DNA of 64,000 bases from an uncultured bacterium (GCA_934636825.1 CAKUBG010000013.1:1234-65233); one strand, 5' to 3'; shown: positions 35,895 to 46,282, counted from the stretch's first letter. Notes: a model not told the origin generated them from the sequence alone. Made by a program: numbers and translations.

Positions 35895-37868
35895 GTGAAT
35901 AAATATGCAGCTTATGCCGCCATTGCCCTTGTTTTGGCTCTAGGCGCTCCCTCATTTGCCGCTCCCAATTCTCCCCAAAAATCTCCCAAAGCCGGGGTGG
36001 TAAGCGTGAATACTTTCGTTCCCGATTCCAATATGTCTAGGAGCAACATTCCTGATCGCTATAAGTGGAATTTGTCTGCTCTTTTTAAAACTGAAGCCGA
36101 TTTTGAGAATGCTTTGGCTCAAACCAAAATAGGTATTGATTCTATCGTGGCTTACAAAGGCAAACTGAGTGACAGTGAAGCTCTGTTCAATTGTATGCAA
36201 GCTTATTTCAATACACGTCGCTTGGCCAACAGTGTAACTTTGTATAGTAATTTGCGTCTCACTACAGATTTGCGCGATGCCAAGCTTCAAGATATGGACG
36301 CCAGAGCTCAGGCCGCCATGCGCAGCTTTATGGCCAATACCGCTTTCATTCGTGACGAATTGTTAAAGATCGATTCTTCAGTTATTGATAAAGCTGTGGC
36401 TGCTCATCCTGTAATGAAAGAATATCTGCCTTGGATTGAGGGAGCTCGTCGCCGTAAAGCACATATCTTATCTCCTGAAGAAGAGCGCATCCTCTCTTTG
36501 GCTGGCGACAACCAGTTGGCTGAAATCGACTTAAACGAACTGCCTTCCGATTTCGAAAAGACTTTCCAGTCCCTTTATTCTGATATTAAGTTGCCCGTCA
36601 TTAAGGATGAAAATGGCAAAGATGTACAACTGACTTTTTCTAATTATGCCAAATACAGAGCCAGTAAAGATCGTCGGGTACGTAAAGATACGGTAGAAAA
36701 ATTCTTTGGAGCTTTGAACGATTATCGTAATACCTTCGCTTCTATTATGGCCGGCCAAGTGCATTTTTCTTCATTCTTGGCTCAGTCTCGTGGTTACGAT
36801 TCCGCTTTGCAAGCTTATTTAGATAAAGACAATATCCCTGAACAAGTTTATCGCAACGTGGTCAATACTGTAAAATCAAACACTGCTCCTTTGCACCGCT
36901 ATATCAGCTTGCGCAAGAAGTTGATGGGACTTAACGATATCCATCTTTACGATCTCTATACTCCTTTGGTTCCAGCAGTCAGTCGTGATATCTCTTACGA
37001 AGAAGCTTGCAAGATTGTACCCAAAGCTTTAGCTCCTTTGGGCGACAAGTATGTAAAATCTTTGACTTACGGCTTAGATTTGAAAAATGGTTGGGTCGAT
37101 GTCTATCCTCATGCCGACAAAGACAGCGGGGCCAGTTGCGCTAGCATTTATGGCTGCCATCCTTTTGTTAAATTAAATTACATGAATTCTTTCGACGACA
37201 TGTCGACTGTAGCTCATGAATTCGGACACGCCATGCATAGCACCTTAAACTATGCCAACCAAACCTATAGCACTTCTGGATACGTACCTTTCGTAGCTGA
37301 AGTAGCCTCTACTTGCAACGAAAAATTCTTATCCGATTATTTAATCGCCAATGCCAAAGACGATGCTGAAAAGCTCTATCTTATAAACGAAATGCTTGAT
37401 GGCATTCGCTCTACTATTTATCGTCAGGCTTTGTTTGCCGATTTTGAGTTGCGTATCCATGAAGCCAGTGAAAAAGGACAGACGCTTACGGCTGATTTCC
37501 TTAATAAAACTTACGCTGATTTAGTACGTGATTACTATGGCCCTGAGTTTACTATCGATGCCAATGACGGCATTGAGTGGGCCTATATACCTCACTTGTA
37601 CTATAAATTCTATGTTTTCTCTTATGCTGCTGGTATGTCCAGTGGTATAGCTATTGCTGAAAAAGTACACAACGAAGGTGCTCCGGCTCGCGACGCCTAT
37701 TTGAAGATGCTTTCCAGCAGCGTTTCGACACCTCCAGTGGACATTTTGAAAATTGCCGGTGTAGATTTAACTAAGCCTGATGCCATTAAAGCCGCTACTG
37801 ATCTTATGGATCAGCTTTTAGACGAAATGGAAGCTATTTTAGTAAAACAAAATAAGTTGAAAAAGTAA
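35895..37868 (+). CDS. pepF: M3B oligoendopeptidase F-like metallopeptidase with signal peptide
   Basis: GTG start after AAGGAGG, with a TATAAT element ~20 nt upstream. Zinc motif HEFGHAMH. Family-typical length. Confidence 0.8.
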   Translation: MNKYAAYAAIALVLALGAPSFAAPNSPQKSPKAGVVSVNTFVPDSNMSRSNIPDRYKWNLSALFKTEADFENALAQTKIGIDSIVAYKGKLSDSEALFNCMQAYFNTRRLANSVTLYSNLRLTTDLRDAKLQDMDARAQAAMRSFMANTAFIRDELLKIDSSVIDKAVAAHPVMKEYLPWIEGARRRKAHILSPEEERILSLAGDNQLAEIDLNELPSDFEKTFQSLYSDIKLPVIKDENGKDVQLTFSNYAKYRASKDRRVRKDTVEKFFGALNDYRNTFASIMAGQVHFSSFLAQSRGYDSALQAYLDKDNIPEQVYRNVVNTVKSNTAPLHRYISLRKKLMGLNDIHLYDLYTPLVPAVSRDISYEEACKIVPKALAPLGDKYVKSLTYGLDLKNGWVDVYPHADKDSGASCASIYGCHPFVKLNYMNSFDDMSTVAHEFGHAMHSTLNYANQTYSTSGYVPFVAEVASTCNEKFLSDYLIANAKDDAEKLYLINEMLDGIRSTIYRQALFADFELRIHEASEKGQTLTADFLNKTYADLVRDYYGPEFTIDANDGIEWAYIPHLYYKFYVFSYAAGMSSGIAIAEKVHNEGAPARDAYLKMLSSSVSTPPVDILKIAGVDLTKPDAIKAATDLMDQLLDEMEAILVKQNKLKK

Positions 37869-37909
37869 CTTTTATTCGTTCTGCTCAATAGGGGCTATAT
37901 AAAATAACA

Positions 37910-37955
37910 AGGCAGACTCTCTACCAAAAGTGAGTCTGCCTTATTTATTTTTTTA
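37910..37955. terminator. Bidirectional Rho-independent terminator
   Basis: AGGCAGACTC-loop-GAGTCTGCCT followed by TATTTATTTTTTTAT. Confidence 0.7.
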
Positions 37956-37967
37956 TGTGTTGAAAAA

Positions 37968-39440
37968 CTACTTTTGGGTAGCGCCCACTTTATATTGGTA
38001 CAACTGAGAATCCAACTCAAAGCTTTGGCTTTGCGGATTATAAAGTTCGCGTCCTATTTCGCCAAAATTGGGAGCGTAGTAAGTACGGAAAGAGCCCTCT
38101 TTAAGCTTATCTTTTTCTGTACCGTAGTAAGTTACGCGTAAACAATTTTGGTAATCTCCCACTGCAGTATTGACATTATAGAGATCCGATTCAACTTTAT
38201 ACCATCTATTATCAAATAAATAGGGTTTGTCCGGATAAGCCAGAGGAGGAATAAGCAATACTAAACTGTTGCCTTCTGTAGTTTTATAAAGGCGCATGCA
38301 AGCTTGGCTTTCGGCATCGATAAAATCTAGGCCTTGAAGTCCGTCCTTATTTGGGGAAAGCAACTCTGTGGGATTCTTGAGATCGGAAGCAGCGTCGTAA
38401 CGCAACCAATTCACCTTTATGTAATCAAAAGGCTGCTGGTGCTCGTAATTATAGAATCTAAAGCAATTAGTAATATTTTCTTTTTTCAACCCTTCCGGTA
38501 CAGGAACAGAGAAAGATTTGGAAGTTAAGTTGGGAGCTGGCAAATAAACTCCTATTTGAGGTTCCAGAGGAGTTGCGTCTAAGGAAGGGCGGTTAGTCGT
38601 TTCATAAGCAGCTAAAATGTTGCGCGGGTAAAAATCTTTTGTCTCGGGATTGTAGCTAAAAGCTAAAACTTCGCCGAGCTTGGGAGCATAGAAACTGACG
38701 CTTGAACCTTGGGCCAGCTCTTTGGTCTTTCCATATACGCATACCATTTGGCAATTTCTGAAAATACCGGCCGGAGTTGTTACAGTATAAAGATTGTGGG
38801 CTGTTCGGTAAAAGAGTCCTTTGAATTCGAAAATCTTCCCTGCTTGGGCACTGGGAGGCACTTCGCAACAGACGATATTGTCGCCATCGACGAAATGATC
38901 GTCTGTAAATACGCAACCGGTCTCTTTCTCAAAACGAGTAAAACCTTCGCCGCTGATTATGGGAACTTCGTAAGGGTAAGATACTGAATCTGTTTTTGTG
39001 TGACGGAAAAACTCGTAATGGCGATAGCAACGCACGTCTTGTTTCTCTTGATCCAGGCGATTTGTGAAGATGTAACGTCGGAAAGCCAATATACTGTTCT
39101 GCGGATCTTTACTATTATAAGTGCTTTGTCCTGGAAAAAGAAAAGTTTTGCTTACAAGGCTGCTGTCTTCCATATAGGCGGCTGTATTACACACCGAAGC
39201 TGGAGAGTCTGTTTGCTCTTGCACTGCGTGATCGGCTTCTGTAGAAGATGGATATTTACGGAAGCTTTCCGTTTGGGGAACGGCGTCGGCAGCTGCCGCT
39301 TGAACTTGGGAAATGGAATTTCCCGGCCCTGAAACGGCCCAAACTGGAGTCGTCAGTGGCCAGCTTAGACAAGCGGAAGTTCCTATGACAGCTACTGTTA
39401 TAAATATGCTGTTCTTTATCGTCGAGTATTTTCTGTGCAT
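37968..39440 (-). CDS. Secreted hypothetical protein with an internal two-domain duplication
   Basis: Signal peptide present. Two ~150-aa segments are alignable, for example NCQMVCVYGKTKELAQGSSVSFYAPKLGEV with NCLRVTYYGTEKDKLKEGSFRTYYAPNFGEI. Confidence 0.55.
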   Translation of the reverse strand: MHRKYSTIKNSIFITVAVIGTSACLSWPLTTPVWAVSGPGNSISQVQAAAADAVPQTESFRKYPSSTEADHAVQEQTDSPASVCNTAAYMEDSSLVSKTFLFPGQSTYNSKDPQNSILAFRRYIFTNRLDQEKQDVRCYRHYEFFRHTKTDSVSYPYEVPIISGEGFTRFEKETGCVFTDDHFVDGDNIVCCEVPPSAQAGKIFEFKGLFYRTAHNLYTVTTPAGIFRNCQMVCVYGKTKELAQGSSVSFYAPKLGEVLAFSYNPETKDFYPRNILAAYETTNRPSLDATPLEPQIGVYLPAPNLTSKSFSVPVPEGLKKENITNCFRFYNYEHQQPFDYIKVNWLRYDAASDLKNPTELLSPNKDGLQGLDFIDAESQACMRLYKTTEGNSLVLLIPPLAYPDKPYLFDNRWYKVESDLYNVNTAVGDYQNCLRVTYYGTEKDKLKEGSFRTYYAPNFGEIGRELYNPQSQSFELDSQLYQYKVGATQK

Positions 39441-39771
39441 ATGCTTTTTATGGTGCCTCTTTCTTCGCCGACCGTCGGCATACTGTAAGTGTTAAATTCT
39501 TTGAGTGTTGGCAAATTGCTATAAGTCGATCCAAAAATCTTCTTTTATTTTATTTTTTTAGGTAAAGCTGATAAACAATGGCTTTCAAGTTAATTTTCTA
39601 CTCATAAAGGAAACTAACTCAGAAAACGTGAACGCACCACACGGTTTGGGACTGCGGCTGGCTTGTTGTGCTCTGTCAAGTCTTTGTTGCCTGACTTGCG
39701 GGGGGTCTTCAACCAGTTAGTTAATAGCGGTTCTCAATGTTTTCCGTTCTCGAAAGGAGCCTCATTACGCA

Positions 39772-42700
39772 ATGGGTAATGTGAATGTCGCTAAGGCGAT
39801 TATGGACGCCAATGAAGCTACCGCCGATGTAGCTTTTAGACTTAGTGAAGTTTGCGCAATCTATCCTATTACTCCCTCTTCTCCTATGGGCGAATTCGCC
39901 GATCAGTGGAGCGCTGAGGGCCGTAAGAATTTATGGGGAGCTATTCCTCACATCCAGGAAATGGAATCTGAAGGCGGCGCTGCCGGTGCTGTGCATGGTG
40001 CTTTGCAAAGCGGTGCTTTGACTACCACCTTTACAGCTAGCCAAGGCTTGCTGCTCATGATCCCCAACATGTACAAAATCGCCGGCGAGCTTACCAGCGC
40101 TGTTTTCCACATCGCTGCTCGTTCTCTGGCTGCTCAGGGCTTGTCCATCTTCGGCGACCACGCTGACGTAATGGCTTGCCGCGCTACCGGCTTTGCTATG
40201 CTCTTCTCCAATTCGGTACAAGAAGCTACTGACATGGCCGCTATCGCTCACGCTGCTACTTTAGAGAGCCGCGTGCCTTTCATTCACGCCTTTGACGGTT
40301 TCCGTACTTCCCACGAAGTAAACACCATCGAGCGCATTTCTGACGATGTACTCCGTGAGCTCATTCCCGATTCTTTGGTTCACGCTCACCGCGCTCGCGC
40401 TCTCAATCCCAACAAGCCTTTCATTCGCGGTACTGCCCAAAACGCAGATATCTACTTCCAGGGCCGCGAAGCTGCCAACCCCTACTATTTGAAGACCCCC
40501 GGCATTGTTGCCAAATTGATGAAACGCTTTGGCGAACTCACCGGCCGTCACTACAACCTCTTTGAGTACCATGGTCACCCCGAAGCTGAAGAAGTCGTCG
40601 TCCTTATGGGCTCCGGCGTTTCTGTTGTTCGCGGCACCTTGGACAAATTATTAGCTGAAGGCAAGAAAGTTGGCGTCGTAACCGCCCGCTTGTATCGTCC
40701 TTTCGATGCTAAGTCCTTCATTGAAGCCGTTCCCGCCACCGTAAAGACCATCGGCGTTTTGGATCGTACCAAAGAGCCCGGCAGCGCTGGCGAGCCTCTT
40801 TATCAAGATGTTGTTACCGCCGTTATGGAAAATATGGAAGGCGGCAAGGGCAAGTTCGCTGTATTGCCTCGCGTTATTGGCGGTCGTTATGGTCTTTCTT
40901 CTAAAGACTTCACTCCCGCTATGGTTTGCGGCGTATACAACGAGTTGGCTAAAGCTGAGCCTAAGCGCAGCTTTACTGTCGGTATTCACGACGATGTTAC
41001 CAACTTGAGCATTGATTATGATGCCAACTGGATCAGCGAACCCGAAGGCACTGTAAGAGCTATGTTCTACGGTTTGGGCTCCGATGGTACCGTAGGTGCT
41101 AACAAAAACTCCATTAAGATTATCGGTCACGACACCGACAACTATGCTCAGGGCTACTTCGTCTACGACTCCAAGAAGTCCGGCGGTTTGACCGTTTCTC
41201 ACTTGCGCTTCGGTCCTAAGCCCATTGACGCTCCCTTCCTCATTCAGCGCGCCAGCTTCATTGGCGTACACCTCTTCGAGTTCTTGGAGAGCTACGATGT
41301 TTTGAAGCAAGCTGAAGAAGGTGGCGTATTCCTCCTCAACAGTCCTTTCTCCAAGGACGAAGTTTGGGATCAGCTTCCTGCCGAAGTTCAGGAGACTATC
41401 TTAGCCAAACACCTTAAATTCTACGTTATCGACGCTTTGACTGTGGCTCACAATGCCGGTATGGGCAACCGCATCAATACCGTCATGCAGACCGCCTTCT
41501 TTGCTATCAGTGGCGTGTTGCCTCGCGAAGAAGCTATCGAGCACATTAAAGCCAGCATTAAGAAGGCTTACAGCAAGAAAGGCCAAGAAGTTGTAGCTAA
41601 GAACTGGGCTGCCGTAGACAACAGCTTAGCCGCTTTGCATCAGGTAGAGACCGAAGGCCGCAAGGTTACCGGTCACCATCGCAAGCCTTTGGTATCCGAC
41701 GAAGCTCCTGAGTTCGTCAAGAAAGTTACTGCCGTAATGATGGCTCAGCGTGGCGACGAACTTCCCGTCAGCGCTATTCCTGATGACGGCACTTGGCCCA
41801 GCGGCACCACTCGTTGGGAAAAACGCAATATCGCTTCCGAAGTTCCCAGCTGGGATCCCGCTAAGTGCATTCAGTGCGGTAAGTGCGTTATGGTTTGCCC
41901 TCATGGCGTCATTCGCTCTCGCCTCATCACCAACGAAGACGCTGCCAAAGCTCCCGAGAGCTTCAAGCTCGCCGAAGCTAAAGGTTTTGTTGGTTACAAA
42001 GACTACAAGTTCAGCATGCAGATTTCCGTTGAAGACTGCACCGGCTGCACTCTGTGCGTAGGCGTTTGCCCCGCCAAAGAAAAAGCTCTCACCATGGTTC
42101 CTCAGCGTCCTCTCCGCGAAGAAGGTCGCAAAAACTGGAAGTTCTTCCTCGATTTACCTGACTTGGGTGGCGACTTGAAGCGCACTATGGTTAAGAACGT
42201 ACAGTTGCTTCCTCCTATGTTCGAGTTCTCCGGCGCCTGCGCTGGTTGCGGTGAGACTCCTTACGTGAAGATGGTCAGCCAGCTCTTCGGCGATAGAGCC
42301 ATGATTGCCAACGCTACTGGTTGCTCTTCCATCTATGGCGGCAACTTGCCCACCACTCCTTGGTGCACCAACAAAGACGGACGCGGCCCTGCTTGGTCCA
42401 ACTCCCTCTTCGAAGATAACGCCGAGTTCGGTTTGGGTATGCGTGTAGCCGTAGACCAGAAGGCCGAATATGCCCGTCAGCTCCTTACCGAAGCTAAGGA
42501 CAAGATCGATCCCGAAGTTTACGAAGGATTGATGGCTGTTGAGCCCGCTACTCCCGAGAATATCGCTAAGAAACGCGCTTTACTCGATAAGCTGGCTGAA
42601 AAAGTAAAAGGCTGCGATTGCGCTTGCGCCAGAGAGCTCGAGTCCGTTATGGACGCTTTGATTCCTCGTTCAGTGTGGATCATCGGTGGTGACGGTTGGG

Positions 42701-43320
42701 CTTATGACATCGGTTACGGCGGGTTGGATCACGTTTTGGCCCAGGGCAAGAACGTCAACGTCCTCGTACTCGACACCGAAGTTTACTCCAACACCGGTGG
42801 TCAGGCTTCCAAGGCCACTCCTCTTGGTGCTGTAGCTCGCTTCGCTGCTGCTGGTAAGAGCTTGCCTAAGAAGGATCTGGGCATGATTGCTATGTCTTAT
42901 GGCAACATCTACGTGGCTCAAATTTCTGTCGGCGCCAATGACGCTCAGGCTTTGAAAGCTATCGAAGAAGCTGAATCTTACGATGGTCCTTCTTTGATCA
43001 TTGCTTACTCTCACTGTATCAACCACGGTATTAACATGGCCGACGGTTTGAAGCATCAGAAGAACGCTGTAGAGTGCGGCCAGTGGCCTCTCTACCGCTT
43101 CGATCCTCGCTTAAAAGCTCAAGGTAAGCCTTGCTTACAAGTCGACTACAAAGGCCCGAAGACCCCCGTTGCCGACTACTTGGCCAGTGAGAACCGCTTC
43201 CGTCAGCTTCAGAAGATCAACCCCGAAGCTGCCGCCAAGTTCGCCGAAGAGTCCGAAGCTATCGCTAAAGAACGCTATGAGCGCTACTTGCACTTGGCTT
43301 CCGCTCCTGAAGCTAAGTAA
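39772..43320 (+). CDS. nifJ: Pyruvate:ferredoxin (flavodoxin) oxidoreductase, single-chain PFOR
   Basis: 1182 aa. Two 4Fe-4S ferredoxin motifs (CIQCGKCVMVCP, CTGCTLCVGVCP). TPP-binding region GGDGWAYDIGYGG. Confidence 0.9.
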   Translation: MGNVNVAKAIMDANEATADVAFRLSEVCAIYPITPSSPMGEFADQWSAEGRKNLWGAIPHIQEMESEGGAAGAVHGALQSGALTTTFTASQGLLLMIPNMYKIAGELTSAVFHIAARSLAAQGLSIFGDHADVMACRATGFAMLFSNSVQEATDMAAIAHAATLESRVPFIHAFDGFRTSHEVNTIERISDDVLRELIPDSLVHAHRARALNPNKPFIRGTAQNADIYFQGREAANPYYLKTPGIVAKLMKRFGELTGRHYNLFEYHGHPEAEEVVVLMGSGVSVVRGTLDKLLAEGKKVGVVTARLYRPFDAKSFIEAVPATVKTIGVLDRTKEPGSAGEPLYQDVVTAVMENMEGGKGKFAVLPRVIGGRYGLSSKDFTPAMVCGVYNELAKAEPKRSFTVGIHDDVTNLSIDYDANWISEPEGTVRAMFYGLGSDGTVGANKNSIKIIGHDTDNYAQGYFVYDSKKSGGLTVSHLRFGPKPIDAPFLIQRASFIGVHLFEFLESYDVLKQAEEGGVFLLNSPFSKDEVWDQLPAEVQETILAKHLKFYVIDALTVAHNAGMGNRINTVMQTAFFAISGVLPREEAIEHIKASIKKAYSKKGQEVVAKNWAAVDNSLAALHQVETEGRKVTGHHRKPLVSDEAPEFVKKVTAVMMAQRGDELPVSAIPDDGTWPSGTTRWEKRNIASEVPSWDPAKCIQCGKCVMVCPHGVIRSRLITNEDAAKAPESFKLAEAKGFVGYKDYKFSMQISVEDCTGCTLCVGVCPAKEKALTMVPQRPLREEGRKNWKFFLDLPDLGGDLKRTMVKNVQLLPPMFEFSGACAGCGETPYVKMVSQLFGDRAMIANATGCSSIYGGNLPTTPWCTNKDGRGPAWSNSLFEDNAEFGLGMRVAVDQKAEYARQLLTEAKDKIDPEVYEGLMAVEPATPENIAKKRALLDKLAEKVKGCDCACARELESVMDALIPRSVWIIGGDGWAYDIGYGGLDHVLAQGKNVNVLVLDTEVYSNTGGQASKATPLGAVARFAAAGKSLPKKDLGMIAMSYGNIYVAQISVGANDAQALKAIEEAESYDGPSLIIAYSHCINHGINMADGLKHQKNAVECGQWPLYRFDPRLKAQGKPCLQVDYKGPKTPVADYLASENRFRQLQKINPEAAAKFAEESEAIAKERYERYLHLASAPEAK

Positions 43321-43522
43321 TGAACAATTGACATTTAAGACTTTCGTCTCCGCTTCGAATAAGTTGTGACGAAAGTCGACTATCTGTCGATTCTATGTAA
43401 GATAGGCGTTTTGTTTTAGATGTTTTCTAGGCAAAGCGCCTATTTTTATATAGCTTCGGCTTGTACCGTCTCTTTTTTAGATAAACGTAAAATCTTTGAA
43501 ATTTGAGTGAAACAAACTGGAC

Positions 43523-44140
43523 GTGACTGGATTTAAACCACCAGACAAACCCGAGGAAGAAACTGCCGATGCTGCTTTGTTAGCTCGTTTTCAGGCTGGC
43601 GACGACTCTGCGTTTGATGAATTGATGACTATTTATTATCGTCCTGTACTGAATTTAATTTATAAATTCAAGGGCGGTTCAGCTAAGGAAGCTGAAGACA
43701 CTGCTCAGGAGGTTTTCCTTCAATTATATAAGGCTTTGCCCAGATTCGAACTCAGAGCTCGTCTCTTCACCTATATATATAAAGTGACTATGAATCAGTG
43801 CTTTAAGGAAAGAAAGAAGCGAGCTAAAGATGTTCCTCTTCAGATCAGTCTAGATGAACCTGTGGATAACGGCGGAGATCGTCCCATACAACGCGATTTT
43901 GCCGATCCCGGAGATTCTCCGTTAGAGTCTGTGGAATACGGGGAAGTCAGTCGTGAATTGCGTCGAGCACTTTTGAAAATTGACGAAGAAATGAGAGCTC
44001 CGCTGATAATGAACCGTTTTTACGATCTCACTTATGAAGAAATCGCAGAAACGTTGGGCATTACAGTCGCTGCGGTCAGATCTAGAATCCATCGGGCGCG
44101 TCAGACTTTACAAAAGTATTTGGGCAAGATATTTAGTTAG
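43523..44140 (+). CDS. ECF-subfamily RNA polymerase sigma factor
   Basis: Region 2 (FDELMTIYYRPVLNLIYK...AEDTAQEVFLQLYKAL) and a region 4 helix-turn-helix (LTYEEIAETLGITVAAVRSRIHRAR). GTG start at 43523 is uncertain. Confidence 0.7.
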   Translation: MTGFKPPDKPEEETADAALLARFQAGDDSAFDELMTIYYRPVLNLIYKFKGGSAKEAEDTAQEVFLQLYKALPRFELRARLFTYIYKVTMNQCFKERKKRAKDVPLQISLDEPVDNGGDRPIQRDFADPGDSPLESVEYGEVSRELRRALLKIDEEMRAPLIMNRFYDLTYEEIAETLGITVAAVRSRIHRARQTLQKYLGKIFS

Positions 44141-44157
44141 AAAGGAGTGCTCTCTTT

Positions 44158-44850
44158 ATGAAAGGTAACGAAAGCTCAGAAGCTGCTTTTTCGGACAATA
44201 TAGAATGTCAAGAGTGTATAGATAAATTATTGGAATATGAAGACGGGCTTCTTAGTGAACCTGATACTTCAAAACTTAAAAAACATTTAGAAGAGTGCTC
44301 CAAATGCCAACAGTATCAACATTCTTTAGGTGAGGTGTGGAAAAACTTAGATAAGGCCTTTCCACAAGAACTTGAGCCTTCTCCGGATTTTAAAGTACGA
44401 TTTTGGAAGAAGGTTGGGCAAGAATCAGACAAAGATAAAATTATCGATTTAGAAGCCAGGTTAAAAGCTAAAAATAAGTATTTGCGTTACTGGAAAGTTT
44501 TTACAGCTGCTGCATCTTTAACTGTGGTTGGCGGTGCTGTGCTTTGGAGTGCTTTCGCTAATAACGTCGCTACGTCATCTAATTCTGTAAGCTTGATGGT
44601 TAGTACCAATACTGCTGCAGGGGTCAATTCCACATTACAAAGAGGTTCCGAACAATCGATTGAGTCTGGAACTGAGTTTAGCGGTGATGAACCGTACTAC
44701 ACAGATTATGTTTTGGCTGATGAATTTAACAATAATGCCAACGAAGATCTGAGCAATAGCGTTATTTATGCTGATTACGAGCCGGATTATATAATGTCTC
44801 AAGAGCTTTTGGACATGGCTTTCGATGAAGCTGCCGACAGTGCACACTAA
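44158..44850 (+). CDS. Zinc-finger (ZAS-type) anti-sigma factor, single-pass membrane protein
   Basis: RBS AAAGGAG. HxxxCxxC motif (HLEECSKCQ) plus an upstream CQEC. TM helix VFTAAASLTVVGGAVLW. Confidence 0.65.
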   Translation: MKGNESSEAAFSDNIECQECIDKLLEYEDGLLSEPDTSKLKKHLEECSKCQQYQHSLGEVWKNLDKAFPQELEPSPDFKVRFWKKVGQESDKDKIIDLEARLKAKNKYLRYWKVFTAAASLTVVGGAVLWSAFANNVATSSNSVSLMVSTNTAAGVNSTLQRGSEQSIESGTEFSGDEPYYTDYVLADEFNNNANEDLSNSVIYADYEPDYIMSQELLDMAFDEAADSAH

Positions 44851-44876
44851 AAAAGATAGAGAGGTTTTACAATTCT

Positions 44877-45380
44877 GTGTTTAGGAAGATTGTGCTATTT
44901 ATTGCTATGGTGGGCACTTTGTCTCCTGCTTCCGGAGTGGCTTTGGCAGAAGAAGAAAGTGACTTTACCGAAAATGGAAGCGTACAAAAAACTGCTGTCA
45001 ATATTAGTGAGTGCAGTTTAGTTAAATGTCTGCCTGAAAACAATGCTACTGTTGTGGACAATTTGCCCAAGGGTAAATTTATAAGTCGCAAAGATAAGGA
45101 AGACAAGTTTCCCGAGGCCAAACAAGTAAGAGAAAAGTATCGTCCTCAAATGCTGCAACTCAGAGCGTCTATCAAAGAACTTCGAGGCAGAGTTGCCAGA
45201 GAGCTCACTTCTGATAACCCCAGCAAAGCGGTGGTGAAAAATTATCTCAATCAACTTGTTGAATTGCGTCGCAAACAGCAAATGCTTTTAGTAGATCAAA
45301 TGTTTGAAACTTTAGAACAGCTTCCTAAAGAAAAACGTGCTGATTATATCCAGCCTATTGTGGAGCATTGTTTGCGCTAA
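44877..45380 (+). CDS. Periplasmic helical protein, possibly Spy/CpxP (LTXXQ)-like
   Basis: GTG start after GAGAGG. Signal peptide present. Helical C-terminal half with LNQLVELRRKQQ-type motifs. Operon position directly after the sigma/anti-sigma pair. Confidence 0.4.
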   Translation: MFRKIVLFIAMVGTLSPASGVALAEEESDFTENGSVQKTAVNISECSLVKCLPENNATVVDNLPKGKFISRKDKEDKFPEAKQVREKYRPQMLQLRASIKELRGRVARELTSDNPSKAVVKNYLNQLVELRRKQQMLLVDQMFETLEQLPKEKRADYIQPIVEHCLR

Positions 45381-45404
45381 GTTGTAAAACTGAAAAATGC
45401 AATA

Positions 45405-45455
45405 AATAAGCTGCCGCCATCCTTAAATTGGAGGATAGCGGCAGCTTATTTGTTT
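45405..45455. terminator. Bidirectional terminator hairpin
   Basis: AAGCTGCCGCC-loop-GCGGCAGCTT followed by ATTTGTTT. Confidence 0.55.
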
Positions 45456-45529
45456 ACTTCTTCTCAGAATTTAATAAAGGAAAGTCGCTTGGACTGTCGC
45501 TGCAAAACCAGCATCAAGTACTTTGGCGC

Positions 45530-46282
45530 CTAAGCGCCGATAATGAAAGCGCTGTCGGCAATGCTAGGAGTGTCAATTATTGGCGAACTAGAAGCTTTCA
45601 GCACCGTATCGATGGTGTGAACGCTGGTAAGCACCAAATCAGGAGCTTTGACTACAGTTTTTGATTCGAGGTGGGAGCTGACCATTTGTCCAGCTCTATA
45701 AGCAAAAGCTGTTCTGGCTCTCACTTGTACAGATTGACTGATACCATCTTTTATATCAGCACTCATGGGGCCGGCAGACGTTTCGATAATGGCTACGTCG
45801 TAATTTTGCTCTGTATCCAAGCCGATCAGTTTATGCTCAAATTTTAAATCGAGAGTAATCGATTGACCTTTATCTCCTAAAGGAATTTCCAAAGGTTTAA
45901 TCTCTGTCCAAGAAGAGCCTACTTGTTGCAAACCGCTGGGAAATACGGGCTGGTTTATGTTGGCATTGACGGTAGAGCGAGTTATGCGCCCGGTCTTCTC
46001 TACAGTCATACCAATAGTCTGACCGACAGCAGGCAAGGGAAGCCTTTGATTATTGCGCTCAATGAAGCCATCGGTAACATTGACGTCTACATCGAAGGTA
46101 GTTCCGGAAACTTTAGTCACCTTCTGGTCGGTATACATCTCCATAACGACGTCAGTATTGCTGATCTCTTCGTTATTTTCTTCTGTTTTTTGTTTTGAGT
46201 GCATTATCGTTTGGTAAGAAAGCACTTCTCCGGTGGCGGCTTTATATTCTAAAAATACGCCTTCAGTATTGAGCATTTGCAA
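45530..46282 (-). CDS. Hypothetical protein (250 aa), predicted all-beta and soluble
   Basis: ORF with coding-like composition. No signal peptide. No recognisable motifs. Confidence 0.45.
   Translation of the reverse strand: MQMLNTEGVFLEYKAATGEVLSYQTIMHSKQKTEENNEEISNTDVVMEMYTDQKVTKVSGTTFDVDVNVTDGFIERNNQRLPLPAVGQTIGMTVEKTGRITRSTVNANINQPVFPSGLQQVGSSWTEIKPLEIPLGDKGQSITLDLKFEHKLIGLDTEQNYDVAIIETSAGPMSADIKDGISQSVQVRARTAFAYRAGQMVSSHLESKTVVKAPDLVLTSVHTIDTVLKASSSPIIDTPSIADSAFIIGA

Noticed and set aside
39700-39760. Rex-type redox repressor box upstream of PFOR
   Set aside because: TTAGTTAAtagcggTTCTCAA matches the TTGTGAA-N6-TTCACAA consensus too poorly to be reported.
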